A DNA stretch of 50,326 bases. It comes from Candidatus Wallbacteria bacterium GWC2_49_35 (GTDB taxonomy: Bacteria; Muiribacteriota; UBA9980). This document shows, one piece after another, positions 1 to 8,455 of this stretch. Location: positions 1 to 50,326 of the forward strand of contig MGFH01000206.1 of NCBI GenBank assembly GCA_001791795.1, written 5' to 3'. The notes under the pieces are model-generated. The model was not told where the DNA came from and did no database searches. It was given only the letters and a program-made list of their open reading frames with translations. Numbering within the stretch: the first letter of the stretch is position 1; each line of letters begins with the position of its first letter. A program made the position numbers and the translations under genes.

Positions 1-1
1 A

Positions 2-559
2 ACGCTGCGCGGTCCGCGCGGCGGCATGATCCTCAGCCGCGAAAAATACGCCAAAGAGATCGACAAATGGGTGTTCCCTGGCTGCCAGGGCGGCCCTCTG
101 ATGCACGTGATCGCGGCTAAAGCGGTAGCGTTCGGCGAGGCGCTGAAGCCCGAATTCAAGCAATATTCGCAGCAGGTCGTTAAAAACGCCGCGGCATTGG
201 CAGACGCTCTTAAAAATGAAGGCTTCAAACTCGTCTCCGACGGCACCGACAATCATCTGATGCTGATAGATCTTTCACCCAGAAACCTCACCGGCAAGGC
301 AGTAGAAAAAGCGCTCGATGCTGCCGGCGTCACCGTCAACAAGAACACTATTCCTTTCGATCCGCAAAAGCCGATGGTAACATCGGGCATAAGGATAGGC
401 ACGCCAGCGGTAACGACGCGCGGCGCGAAGGAAGAGCACATGAAAGCGATCGCGGCGTTCATTAAAAAGGCCGTCGATAATATCGAAAAGCCTGAAGTGC
501 TCGGCGGTATCAAAAACGACGTAATGCAGTTTTGCGAAAAACTGCATGAAATGGCGTAA
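2..559 (+). CDS. glyA: Serine hydroxymethyltransferase, C-terminal part (5'-truncated by window edge)
   Basis: Frame is open from base 2 ([11 protein letters not shown]), followed by [32 protein letters not shown] and [14 protein letters not shown], all hallmark GlyA motifs. Confidence 0.97.
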   Translation, partial: TLRGPRGGMILSREKYAKEIDKWVFPGCQGGPLMHVIAAKAVAFGEALKPEFKQYSQQVVKNAAALADALKNEGFKLVSDGTDNHLMLIDLSPRNLTGKAVEKALDAAGVTVNKNTIPFDPQKPMVTSGIRIGTPAVTTRGAKEEHMKAIAAFIKKAVDNIEKPEVLGGIKNDVMQFCEKLHEMA

Positions 560-614
560 CCCGTTTACGGAAGCAAAAATCAAGCGTCCGATTGAAATAT
601 AAACAACTTATAAC

Positions 615-655
615 AAGCGAAGGGAAAGGGCTTATCGGGCTCTTTCCCTTCGCTT
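615..655. terminator. Inverted repeat / probable terminator after glyA
   Basis: AAGCGAAGGGAAAG (615-628) pairs with CTTTCCCTTCGCTT (642-655); U-tract is weak. Confidence 0.6.
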
Positions 656-715
656 ATAACCGATATTCTCCAAGGATATCCTTTGCATAACGAAATTGAA
701 ATGAATTAAAATATT

Positions 716-1561
716 ATGATATACTTATATTTGACCATAACCGTTCTCGGCTGGGGTATCGGCCAGACGCTTCTCAAACTGGGGTTCGCGCGCTCCACGC
801 CTATCAGTTCGTACCTGCTCGGCGGCATTCTGGGTTTCATCGTCTGGCTGCCGTATGTGATAATGAACCCTCCGATCTTTGCAGGCATCGAATTGTATCT
901 GCCGCTGTGTCTTGCGGTTTCATTGTGTTATCTGACTTTTTACTATTCGCTGAACGCCGGCGAGCTGTCGATCGCAAGCGCAATACTCGGCACATATCCT
1001 ATGTACACGGTGCTCTTTGCCGTTTTCGTTCTTGGCGAAACCCTTGTTTTAAGGCAGTGGCTGGGACTCGTAACGATATTGACCGGGATCGGGCTTTTAT
1101 CTTACGTTTCAAACCCGGCGCCGGCGGACGAGAGTGCTGCGGCGTCTCGTGACGTGCGTATTTGGCTTTTTTTGTCGATCATTTCGGCCGTGCTGATAGG
1201 GATATCCGACGCCATGTGCAAGGTCATAATCAACAAGATCGACGTTTCAGCGTTCAGCCTGTATCTGAACACGGCCCAGATAGCGGCCGGTATCATATTG
1301 AAATTGCTGTTCGAAGGACGTGATTTTTCTTTCGCCGGGCTTAAGTCGAGATATTCGTTGATAGGCCTTTTAGTAATGAACATAGGCGGCCTGACGTTCA
1401 CGATCGCTCTGTCGATGGGGCAGGCGAGCATCATAGTGCCGCTTTCTTCGACGTATCTTGCGCTCGTGACCATTTTTTCGTGGCTGTTTTTAAAAGAGAA
1501 GATGGGCCCGCTCAAGGTGAGCGCCATAGTGCTGGTTATAGCCGGAATTATGATGCTGTAA
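716..1561 (+). CDS. EamA/DMT family transporter
   Basis: 281 aa with about 10 hydrophobic helices in two repeats; motifs FYYSLNAGELSIASAILGTYP..VFVLGE and ALSMGQASIIVPLSS..WLFLKEK. Confidence 0.88.
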   Translation: MIYLYLTITVLGWGIGQTLLKLGFARSTPISSYLLGGILGFIVWLPYVIMNPPIFAGIELYLPLCLAVSLCYLTFYYSLNAGELSIASAILGTYPMYTVLFAVFVLGETLVLRQWLGLVTILTGIGLLSYVSNPAPADESAAASRDVRIWLFLSIISAVLIGISDAMCKVIINKIDVSAFSLYLNTAQIAAGIILKLLFEGRDFSFAGLKSRYSLIGLLVMNIGGLTFTIALSMGQASIIVPLSSTYLALVTIFSWLFLKEKMGPLKVSAIVLVIAGIMML

Positions 1562-1594
1562 TAAAGTTAAAGTGAATAAAATCGCCGCGAATTT

Positions 1595-2743
1595 TCATCC
1601 GCATTTCGTTTTTATGCATTTTCCGCACTTATCGTAAAGCGTTCCGCCGAGTTCCTCGTCGGAGGCAGGCGCGTCCGGCAGAAGGGCGTTCCACATTTCC
1701 GGACTTTCCATGCAAAAATACAATTCTATCTTTTTGTCGGGATCATAGCGCCTGATAAGGCCGATAACCGTTCTGAAAAGTTTTTCACGTTTGAAACGGA
1801 AGTATCGCGATTTTTTGTCGTATCCTTTTATGAATTCATCATATATTATTCGGCTTTTGGGAAACCGCGCAGCTATAATATCCGCCAGGGCCGGAATGAA
1901 GCGGAACGCGCCCAGGCTGATATAGACGATGTCGGAAGGCTCGAGATATTTGAATATGAGCTCTATGGTGGCGGCCATTTCGGTATCGAAGTTTTCGTAG
2001 TCGATTATCGGGTCGAAGTGCAGCGTTATTTTATAGCCGGCTTTTACGCATTCGGCCGCCGCTGTAAGCCTTTCTTCGATAGTGGCGGTTTTGAGCTCCT
2101 CGCGGAGGTTGACGTTGCGCGCGTTCATCGAATAGGAGATCAGGATATTTCCGGCGGGCGGAGCTCCGTAGCGGGTGAAAGTATCTATGTAATCGGTTTT
2201 GGACTTGAACTCCACAATGAGGTTCGGCTTGTCCGCGAAATAATCCATCAGTATTTTCGAATATTGCGTGAGGTGCTCCAGCGCGAGCGAGTCGGTGAAT
2301 TCACCGGTGCCTATCCTGTATTTTTTTTCGGCGACGCCGGAAAGCCGCGATTCAAGTTCGGCGAAAAGATCGTCCGTATTTGCGTAAACCACCATGAACG
2401 GGTTATTCAGGTAGGCCTGCAGTATGCAGTAAGTGCATTCCATGGGGCAGTTCTGGGCGAAATCGATGATGTAATAATCGCAGCAGATATACTCGTTGGT
2501 GCCGGGGCATTTCTTCAAAAACTCGCCCCTGTTGACCGTTATTAGAAGAGTTTTCTTGCCTTCAAAGTATGCGGTTTCGTTCTTTTTAGTTTCCGCGATA
2601 AGGCCATCGATGGCTTCTTCGCTCATATACGAAACCGGTACCGCGCGGCCTTCGACGCTTTTGAGGATATTGGCCGTCACTATCGAATTTGTGACTTTTT
2701 CTTCGTTCAATATTACTATCTTTTCCGGATAATATCTAATCAT
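1595..2743 (-). CDS. Spore photoproduct lyase (SplB)-like radical SAM protein
   Basis: CPMECTYC (CxxxCxxC) followed by LQAY, EFTDSLALEHLT, FKSKT, RLTAAAECVKAGY and FDPII; aligns by eye with the SplB family; overlaps the upstream ParB-like gene by 8 nt. Confidence 0.85.
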   Translation of the reverse strand: MIRYYPEKIVILNEEKVTNSIVTANILKSVEGRAVPVSYMSEEAIDGLIAETKKNETAYFEGKKTLLITVNRGEFLKKCPGTNEYICCDYYIIDFAQNCPMECTYCILQAYLNNPFMVVYANTDDLFAELESRLSGVAEKKYRIGTGEFTDSLALEHLTQYSKILMDYFADKPNLIVEFKSKTDYIDTFTRYGAPPAGNILISYSMNARNVNLREELKTATIEERLTAAAECVKAGYKITLHFDPIIDYENFDTEMAATIELIFKYLEPSDIVYISLGAFRFIPALADIIAARFPKSRIIYDEFIKGYDKKSRYFRFKREKLFRTVIGLIRRYDPDKKIELYFCMESPEMWNALLPDAPASDEELGGTLYDKCGKCIKTKCG

Positions 2744-3758
2744 TCGAAGTTTTTCCCTTCCGTCCGGTGGTTTTTCCGCCTTGTCTGCCGCTCAGGAATT
2801 CCTCTGCGAGCCGGGATTTTTTGAGGCGCTCGAGGGCGTCTATTCGGGCGGAAAGGTCTTCGGCCGAGGTTATGCTGAATTTCACCGACAGCTCGTCTTT
2901 TTCAAAATAGGCGAAAGGGTTCACAGATATCCTGCGCGCCTCGAACTCGCCGGCAAGTTCCCTGAACCTGGCCATGGCGGTTTCATACATGGGACGCTTC
3001 AGAGCGTGGAGTTTTACGCGGATCGTCTCGGTTTTCTGGTTGGAGGTCATCTTAGCGTCTTCGATTATAGATGCGATACTGGCCATGGCCATTATTTCGC
3101 CGGCCGTTTTGCCGTACTGCATGGCGGTCTCGAATAAAAGCCGCGCCGTCTCGTTCAGCAGATTGGCTCCCATGCCCGTCGCCGCGGCCATATCCATGAA
3201 AGCGCGCTGCTCGTCGGAACTGAATTTGACGAGTTCGGCAGCGGCCTGAAGAGGGAGCTTGCCGTTGACCAGAGATGTTTTTGCGTCACCGATAAGCGCG
3301 CACAGTGAAGCGGACCTGTTGTAAACATATTCTGATTTCTGCATGCTCATCGCCGGCATATATTTTTCGATGACCACGGTCTTATCGTAAAAGGCCGACA
3401 GTTTTTTCAACGCCTCGCCTTCCTCGACCGGATTAAGTCCGCGTGAAGCGGCGTTTTCGGATATATTGAGCCAGAGCCGGTCCGCCGGCGCGAGGTCTTT
3501 GACGACAAGACATTTTATTTTGACGGAGCCGTCCGTCTGCGCTTGAGTGTTTTTTGCGATAATATCGAAGCGTTTGAAGCCGCTTATAATTTCAAAGCGT
3601 CCGCCGCTACGGCATACTATAAGCGGCGTGATAAGCCCGTTCGCCTCGATGGAAGCCCCGAGCGCGGGGTAAGCGCATTTGTGTGAGATCCTGCCGTTGC
3701 CGGCGTTTATTTCGCTGACGGGGATGAGTTCATATTCGTAGTCGGGATTTTTATACAT
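2736..3758 (-). CDS. ParB/Spo0J N-terminal (CTPase-fold) domain protein
   Basis: LGASIEANGLITPLIV...FEIISGFKRF and NISENAASRGLNPVEEGEAL match the ParB N-terminal boxes; helical C-terminal part; no parA adjacent. Confidence 0.8.
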   Translation of the reverse strand: MYKNPDYEYELIPVSEINAGNGRISHKCAYPALGASIEANGLITPLIVCRSGGRFEIISGFKRFDIIAKNTQAQTDGSVKIKCLVVKDLAPADRLWLNISENAASRGLNPVEEGEALKKLSAFYDKTVVIEKYMPAMSMQKSEYVYNRSASLCALIGDAKTSLVNGKLPLQAAAELVKFSSDEQRAFMDMAAATGMGANLLNETARLLFETAMQYGKTAGEIMAMASIASIIEDAKMTSNQKTETIRVKLHALKRPMYETAMARFRELAGEFEARRISVNPFAYFEKDELSVKFSITSAEDLSARIDALERLKKSRLAEEFLSGRQGGKTTGRKGKTSND

Positions 3759-3800
3759 CTGCAGAGGCCTTTCCGTTTCAAGTTAATTTTGAATCAGTAT

Positions 3801-3829
3801 ATTTTAAATCAATAACTTCAAAATATCAA
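3801..3829 (-). promoter_or_regulatory. Putative sigma70 promoter of the parB-like/splB-like operon
   Basis: Minus strand TTGATA (3829-3824), 17 nt, TAAAAT (3806-3801). Confidence 0.5.
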
Positions 3830-3857
3830 TATTTTTATCGCCGCGTTAAAATTTTCA

Positions 3858-3886
3858 TTGATTTGTCGCCGCCGCGAGCTTATAAT
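3858..3886 (+). promoter_or_regulatory. Putative sigma70 promoter of the TIGR01777 gene
   Basis: TTGATT (3858-3863), 17 nt, TATAAT (3881-3886). Confidence 0.6.
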
Positions 3887-3918
3887 AGTGTATAGTGTAT
3901 AGTTTATAGTGCATAGTG
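3884..3918 (+). repeat. 5 x 7-bp tandem repeat (NATAGTK)
   Basis: AATAGTG TATAGTG TATAGTT TATAGTG CATAGTG read directly from the sequence. Confidence 0.9.
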
Positions 3919-4006
3919 GTAAAGTACTTAGCAGCAGTTAACAGCGCGGGTAAAAGTCGGGCGGGCGGAACCGAGTTAACGATCGTAGAAAATAAAAGAG
4001 GTTTTT

Positions 4007-4876
4007 ATGGATATTCTTATAAGCGGCGCCTCGGGATTTATAGGATCTAATCTCGCGAAATTTCTTTGCATGCACGGCGATTCCGTAAAGGCCCTTTCTA
4101 CGAGGGATTACGAGCTTCCGGACGCCGGGTTCGCCGCTAAAACCGCGGGCGCCGAAGTTATAATAAACCTCAGCGGCGCGGCCGTTAACGCCCGCTGGAG
4201 CGAAAGTTATAAAAAACTAATATATTCGAGCCGCGTCGATACTACCGCGAAACTCGTACGCGTGCTCAAAGCGTCCGCGCGCCGTCCGAAACTTTTCATA
4301 AACGCTTCGGCGGTCGGGATCTATACTTCCGGCGGAAGCCATGACGAGTATAAATTCGAATACGGCGGCGGTTTTCTCGCGTCGGTGTGCCGCGACTGGG
4401 AGGCAGAAGCCATGAAGGCTTGCGACGCCGGCGTGAGGACCGTTATTTTTCGCTTCGGTCTGGTCCTTGATAAAAAGGGCGGCGTCCTCAATAAAATGTT
4501 GATACCGTTTTCAATGGGTCTCGGCGGTAAAATTGGCGGAGGCGAGCAGTATATGAGCTGGATCGCGCTCGGCGATCTTTTGCGCGCCTTCCGCTTCGTC
4601 ATAAGCGACGAAAAACTCGAAGGCGTTTTCAACCTCACATCGCCCGCTCCCGTCACTAACGCCGAGTTCACAGCCGAACTGGCCGCTGCATTAAACCGCC
4701 CCGCTTTTTTCAGAGTTCCCGAGTTCCTGCTAAAATTAATATTTGCCGGCGGCGCTGAAATAATGTGCGAGGGTTCGGCGGTATATCCCAAAAGACTTTT
4801 AGACGCCGGATTCCAATTCGAGTATCCGCGGCTGAAAGACGCCCTGCTCCATATTATAAATGGCCCGGTCTCATAA
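4007..4876 (+). CDS. TIGR01777 family NAD-dependent epimerase/oxidoreductase (YfcH-like)
   Basis: ISGASGFIGS Rossmann motif, INLSGA, SRVDTT, FINASAVGIY, WEAEA, GEQYMSWIALGDL, NLTSPAPVTNAEF. Confidence 0.9.
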   Translation: MDILISGASGFIGSNLAKFLCMHGDSVKALSTRDYELPDAGFAAKTAGAEVIINLSGAAVNARWSESYKKLIYSSRVDTTAKLVRVLKASARRPKLFINASAVGIYTSGGSHDEYKFEYGGGFLASVCRDWEAEAMKACDAGVRTVIFRFGLVLDKKGGVLNKMLIPFSMGLGGKIGGGEQYMSWIALGDLLRAFRFVISDEKLEGVFNLTSPAPVTNAEFTAELAAALNRPAFFRVPEFLLKLIFAGGAEIMCEGSAVYPKRLLDAGFQFEYPRLKDALLHIINGPVS

Positions 4877-4928
4877 AGTTTTTCCTTTTCAGCCCGGCCC
4901 ATTAATTATTGAAAATATTGAAAATATC

Positions 4929-4957
4929 TTGAAATTCGGCTTGAAATATTATATAAT
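4929..4957 (+). promoter_or_regulatory. Putative sigma70 promoter of the ABC operon
   Basis: TTGAAA (4929-4934), 17 nt, TATAAT (4952-4957). Confidence 0.6.
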
Positions 4958-5014
4958 TCATTAGCACGCAAGTTATTCGGATCGGTCTCGCGCCGATTTT
5001 ATAAGGAATGTCAG

Positions 5015-6073
5015 ATGCCGCCTGGATCGAACCATAATCAGAACAACCAGACAGCCATAGAGGCTAAAAATCTTTTCAAGAGCTTCGGCGAGCCCTTCAC
5101 TTTGAAGCGGATCTTGAAACTTCCGTGGGAGATATTCTTAAGGCTTACCGGCGGTTACAGAAAAAAAAGCGTTTTAAAAGACCTGAGCTTCAGGGTGGAC
5201 GCAGGCTCCGTGGTGGGCTTTCTCGGGCCTAACGGCGCCGGCAAGTCGACGAGCCTCAAGGTCATGCTCAACCTTATCAGAAAAGACTCCGGCGAAAGTT
5301 ACATAGACGGTTATAACACCGAATACGATTACGACGCCGCGCTCAGGGCGGCTGGTGCCCTGGTAGAGCTTCCCGTTTTTTACGAATTCATGAGCGGCCT
5401 GGAGAACCTCGCCATAACCGCTAAAATCTATAAGCACATCACTCCGCGCGATATTGACGAAAGCCTTAAAAAGGTAGGGCTTTTCGAGCATCGTTTTAAA
5501 AAGGTCAGCCAGTATTCGACCGGAATGCGTCAGAAACTTTACGTGGCGAAGATCCTTCTCACCAATTGCTCCATAATAATACTCGACGAGCCGACATCGG
5601 GCATGGACCCGAAGGGGCAGGCCGAGATGCGCGAACTTATAAAGACCCTCGCGGCCGAAAAGAAAGCGACGGTCCTTGTTTCTTCGCACCTTTTGCACGA
5701 GATAGAACAGATTTGCGATTTTGTGGTCATCATCAAGGACGGCAGCGTCGTCACATACGGAAAGGTCAGCGATCTTCTGAGCACTGAACAGGAAATTTAC
5801 GAGGTAGAGGTGGAGCAGTCGCAGACCGAAACCTGCCTGAAGCACATTCTAAATCTCGAATATATAACCGGCGCTTCGCTCAAAATCAGGGCCAACGCCA
5901 ATTTCATAGAGATCAGGCTGGGGAAGGAAAGCGTGCCGCGCGCGCTGAAAGAACTTGTCGATAAAAATTTCGAAATATTCAATTTCGTAAAAACCAAACG
6001 CAGCCTGGAGAATTTTTTCCTGGAAGTCACAGGCGACGGTTCCGAAAACTCCGCAAAACAGCAAACTCAATAG
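5015..6073 (+). CDS. ABC-2 type exporter ATP-binding subunit
   Basis: Walker A GPNGAGKS, signature YSTGMRQK, Walker B IILDEPTSGMD, H-loop SSHLLHE. Confidence 0.93.
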   Translation: MPPGSNHNQNNQTAIEAKNLFKSFGEPFTLKRILKLPWEIFLRLTGGYRKKSVLKDLSFRVDAGSVVGFLGPNGAGKSTSLKVMLNLIRKDSGESYIDGYNTEYDYDAALRAAGALVELPVFYEFMSGLENLAITAKIYKHITPRDIDESLKKVGLFEHRFKKVSQYSTGMRQKLYVAKILLTNCSIIILDEPTSGMDPKGQAEMRELIKTLAAEKKATVLVSSHLLHEIEQICDFVVIIKDGSVVTYGKVSDLLSTEQEIYEVEVEQSQTETCLKHILNLEYITGASLKIRANANFIEIRLGKESVPRALKELVDKNFEIFNFVKTKRSLENFFLEVTGDGSENSAKQQTQ

Positions 6074-6127
6074 CGCGGCCGGCAAACGCCGCGCCGATAT
6101 TAAAAATTAAGGATTCAAGGCCCGATT

Positions 6128-6991
6128 ATGTTCGACATTCTAAGATACGAGTTATATAAGATGCAGAGGCTCAAAAAAGTTTATTTTTGCGCCTTCGCCA
6201 TAAATTTCCTTCCGATTATGATACTGTTCGTGCTGACGGTGCTTTTTTTCAAAGGCATCATTTACAGGGATTTCGGCATGATGCAGCAGATGTTCGTCAA
6301 GGAATTCGGCAGCGGCATCATGGGCGTCCTCGTCGTTCTGCTGAGTTTCTTTTCATGGTCGAGCTGGTTCTTCCAGACTATAATCGCTGGCGAACTCATA
6401 TCGAAGGAATTCGAGAATAAATCGATCAAGCTGATGCTGCTTATGCCGTTCAAGCGCCTTACGATCTATCTCGGAAAACTTTTAAGCACGATAGTTTTTT
6501 TCGTGGTCAACCTCGCCATCTATCTCAGCTTGTGTGCGCTCATCGGCGTCGCGCTCGACAGGGTCTTCGGGTTCAAGGTTTTCGCGCTTATCGATTATCA
6601 GCTTCTTATAAAGATCTGTAACGCATACTTCGTGATAAATTTTTCTTACATCGCGCTCGTTTTTCTGGTGTCCATTTTCGCGCGTTCGGCTGAATCCACG
6701 ATGGCTTTCACTATATTCGCGACATTCGCGCTTAAGCTGATCGACAACGTCATTCTGCTGTTCGGCAAGCTCGATATCATCCCTTATTATATAGCCGATA
6801 AGATCGTCAACTATTCATACCTGAAATCCTGCGAGGTCATTAAATATGAAAAACTAGTAAAAATGGCGGAAACCGGCGATTACGCGAATATGCCTCTGGC
6901 GTTCGACATGCTCGGAATAAATATACTTTATTCGCTGGCGTTTTTATATATCGGCTATCAGGTTTTTAAGAGAAAAGAAGAAAAAGGATAA
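6128..6991 (+). CDS. ABC-2 type exporter permease
   Basis: About six TM helices; ISKEFENKSIKLMLLMPFKRLTIYLGKLL is the typical ABC-2 permease loop. Confidence 0.85.
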   Translation: MFDILRYELYKMQRLKKVYFCAFAINFLPIMILFVLTVLFFKGIIYRDFGMMQQMFVKEFGSGIMGVLVVLLSFFSWSSWFFQTIIAGELISKEFENKSIKLMLLMPFKRLTIYLGKLLSTIVFFVVNLAIYLSLCALIGVALDRVFGFKVFALIDYQLLIKICNAYFVINFSYIALVFLVSIFARSAESTMAFTIFATFALKLIDNVILLFGKLDIIPYYIADKIVNYSYLKSCEVIKYEKLVKMAETGDYANMPLAFDMLGINILYSLAFLYIGYQVFKRKEEKG

Positions 6992-6996
6992 TTAAT

Positions 6997-7464
6997 ATGT
7001 TGAAAATGCTTGACGGATTGAAGTTCTGGGGTATAAACCCCGACCTTCTATTCGTGTTTCCGTATAACGCGATAGCCGGAGCGCTGGCGGCGTATTTACT
7101 TTATTACCTTTTCAGGCATGCCATTTTCATCATGAAGCGCAATGAACTGGAAAGGAATTTAATTAAATTTCCAGGGCTCGCTGAAGTGCGCGCGCAGCTG
7201 GGCGATTTGAATTTCGATAAAAAATATTACCGCGCCGCCCGAATTTATTACGCTCAGGCGATAGATATGCATCCGGGACTTCATTACGCCCGGCTGAGGC
7301 TCGCTGAAATTCATTTCATGTCGGGCGAAACCCAAAAGGCGCTCGAACAGATGAGCGAGCTTTTAAAACGCACCTCCGAAGAAAAATATAAATACGGCGT
7401 TAAAATGCTCATGAGCAAATGGGCCGTCCCGCCTGAAGTTATTTCCGGAATAATGAATTCATAA
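6997..7464 (+). CDS. Membrane-anchored TPR protein
   Basis: N-terminal hydrophobic helix, then TPR-like helices (LGDLNFDKKYYRAARIYYAQAI, LAEIHFMSGETQKALEQM); starts 5 nt after the permease stop. Confidence 0.7.
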   Translation: MLKMLDGLKFWGINPDLLFVFPYNAIAGALAAYLLYYLFRHAIFIMKRNELERNLIKFPGLAEVRAQLGDLNFDKKYYRAARIYYAQAIDMHPGLHYARLRLAEIHFMSGETQKALEQMSELLKRTSEEKYKYGVKMLMSKWAVPPEVISGIMNS

Positions 7465-7489
7465 AAAACGTTTTTATCGAGTCTAAATA

Positions 7490-7530
7490 TAAAAAAGAAC
7501 CTTGGTTTCATGCTTCAAGGTTCTTTTTTT
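7490..7530 (+). terminator. Rho-independent terminator (bidirectional type)
   Basis: AAAAAAGAACCTTG / CAAGGTTCTTTTTTT stem with A- and T-tracts. Confidence 0.85.
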
Positions 7531-7678
7531 ATATCGCGCGTCCGTTAAACTTTTTCTTCTTTATGACGATATGTTAATAAAATATATTATAACGGCCTGA
7601 ATACGGCGGCCGTATATTTTATTTGCTTTGATGTGGTTAATATTATTTATTAAATAAAAAGAAGGTAGATGAGAGATT

Positions 7679-8455
7679 ATGAACGCGACTAAAAAATTCG
7701 GGAACCTTATCCGGCCTGCGGTTGTTATTGGAATTTTACTTGCGGCGTTTTTTCTGACGGCCGGCACCGCCGCAGCGGACCCTTCGCTAGCCGGACCCAC
7801 GGGACTTTTTCTGAGCCCTTCTCCGGCGGTCTGCAAGCCCGGCAAATTCAGCGGCGGGCTTTATCTGCAGAACTATTCGATACAGCGCGCCGCCTCAACC
7901 AACGAGCGGAGTTTGATTGTGAACGGCCTTTACGGCATCTCGCGCGTCGTCGAAGTCGGCTTCAGCAAATCGCTCGATTCAATGCAGAGTTCCTTCGACC
8001 CTGGTCTCTCGCTCAACCTCAAGTATCTGTTTCCGGACAGCAAGGCGCTTAAAGTCGCCGCGGGCCTCGTTATCGAAACCGACAACAACTCATACAGCTC
8101 GGCTTATCTGGTCGCCGGCCAGGAGATCGCGTACTTCGGCATGGGCGTTAACTTCGGAGGGCACAGGGCCTATCCGATGAATAAATCCCACTACGGCGGA
8201 TACGACTTTTCCGAGATGGCGCCGAACAATTTCTTTTTCATCGCCGGCGCGAATTTCGACCTTAAAGTAGCGAATCTGACCGTCGAATATAACAGCGACG
8301 CTTTCAGTTTCGGCTTCAGAGTGCCTACCGTCGACGGTTACAGCGTTAATCTGGCGTATATCAGCGATTCTGATTACGATCTGGTTCACCGCAATGTTTA
8401 CGGCGACAGTTATAAGCGTCAGAAAGTCACGCTGGGCGTGACCGGCACGTTTTAA
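7679..8455 (+). CDS. Exported outer-membrane beta-barrel protein, YjbH-like
   Basis: Signal peptide (LLAAFFLTAGTAAA-D), GPTGLFLSPS motif typical of YjbH-type N-termini, alternating beta-strands, C-terminal aromatic residue (VTGTF). Confidence 0.6.
   Translation: MNATKKFGNLIRPAVVIGILLAAFFLTAGTAAADPSLAGPTGLFLSPSPAVCKPGKFSGGLYLQNYSIQRAASTNERSLIVNGLYGISRVVEVGFSKSLDSMQSSFDPGLSLNLKYLFPDSKALKVAAGLVIETDNNSYSSAYLVAGQEIAYFGMGVNFGGHRAYPMNKSHYGGYDFSEMAPNNFFFIAGANFDLKVANLTVEYNSDAFSFGFRVPTVDGYSVNLAYISDSDYDLVHRNVYGDSYKRQKVTLGVTGTF

Noticed and set aside
2736-3758. Chromosome or plasmid partition locus (parABS)
   Set aside because: No parA and no parS-like TGTTTCACGTGAAACA palindrome noticed; the gene is coupled to an rSAM gene instead
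3884-3918. Possible CRISPR array (also 25211-25245)
   Set aside because: 7-bp units with no spacers and no cas genes
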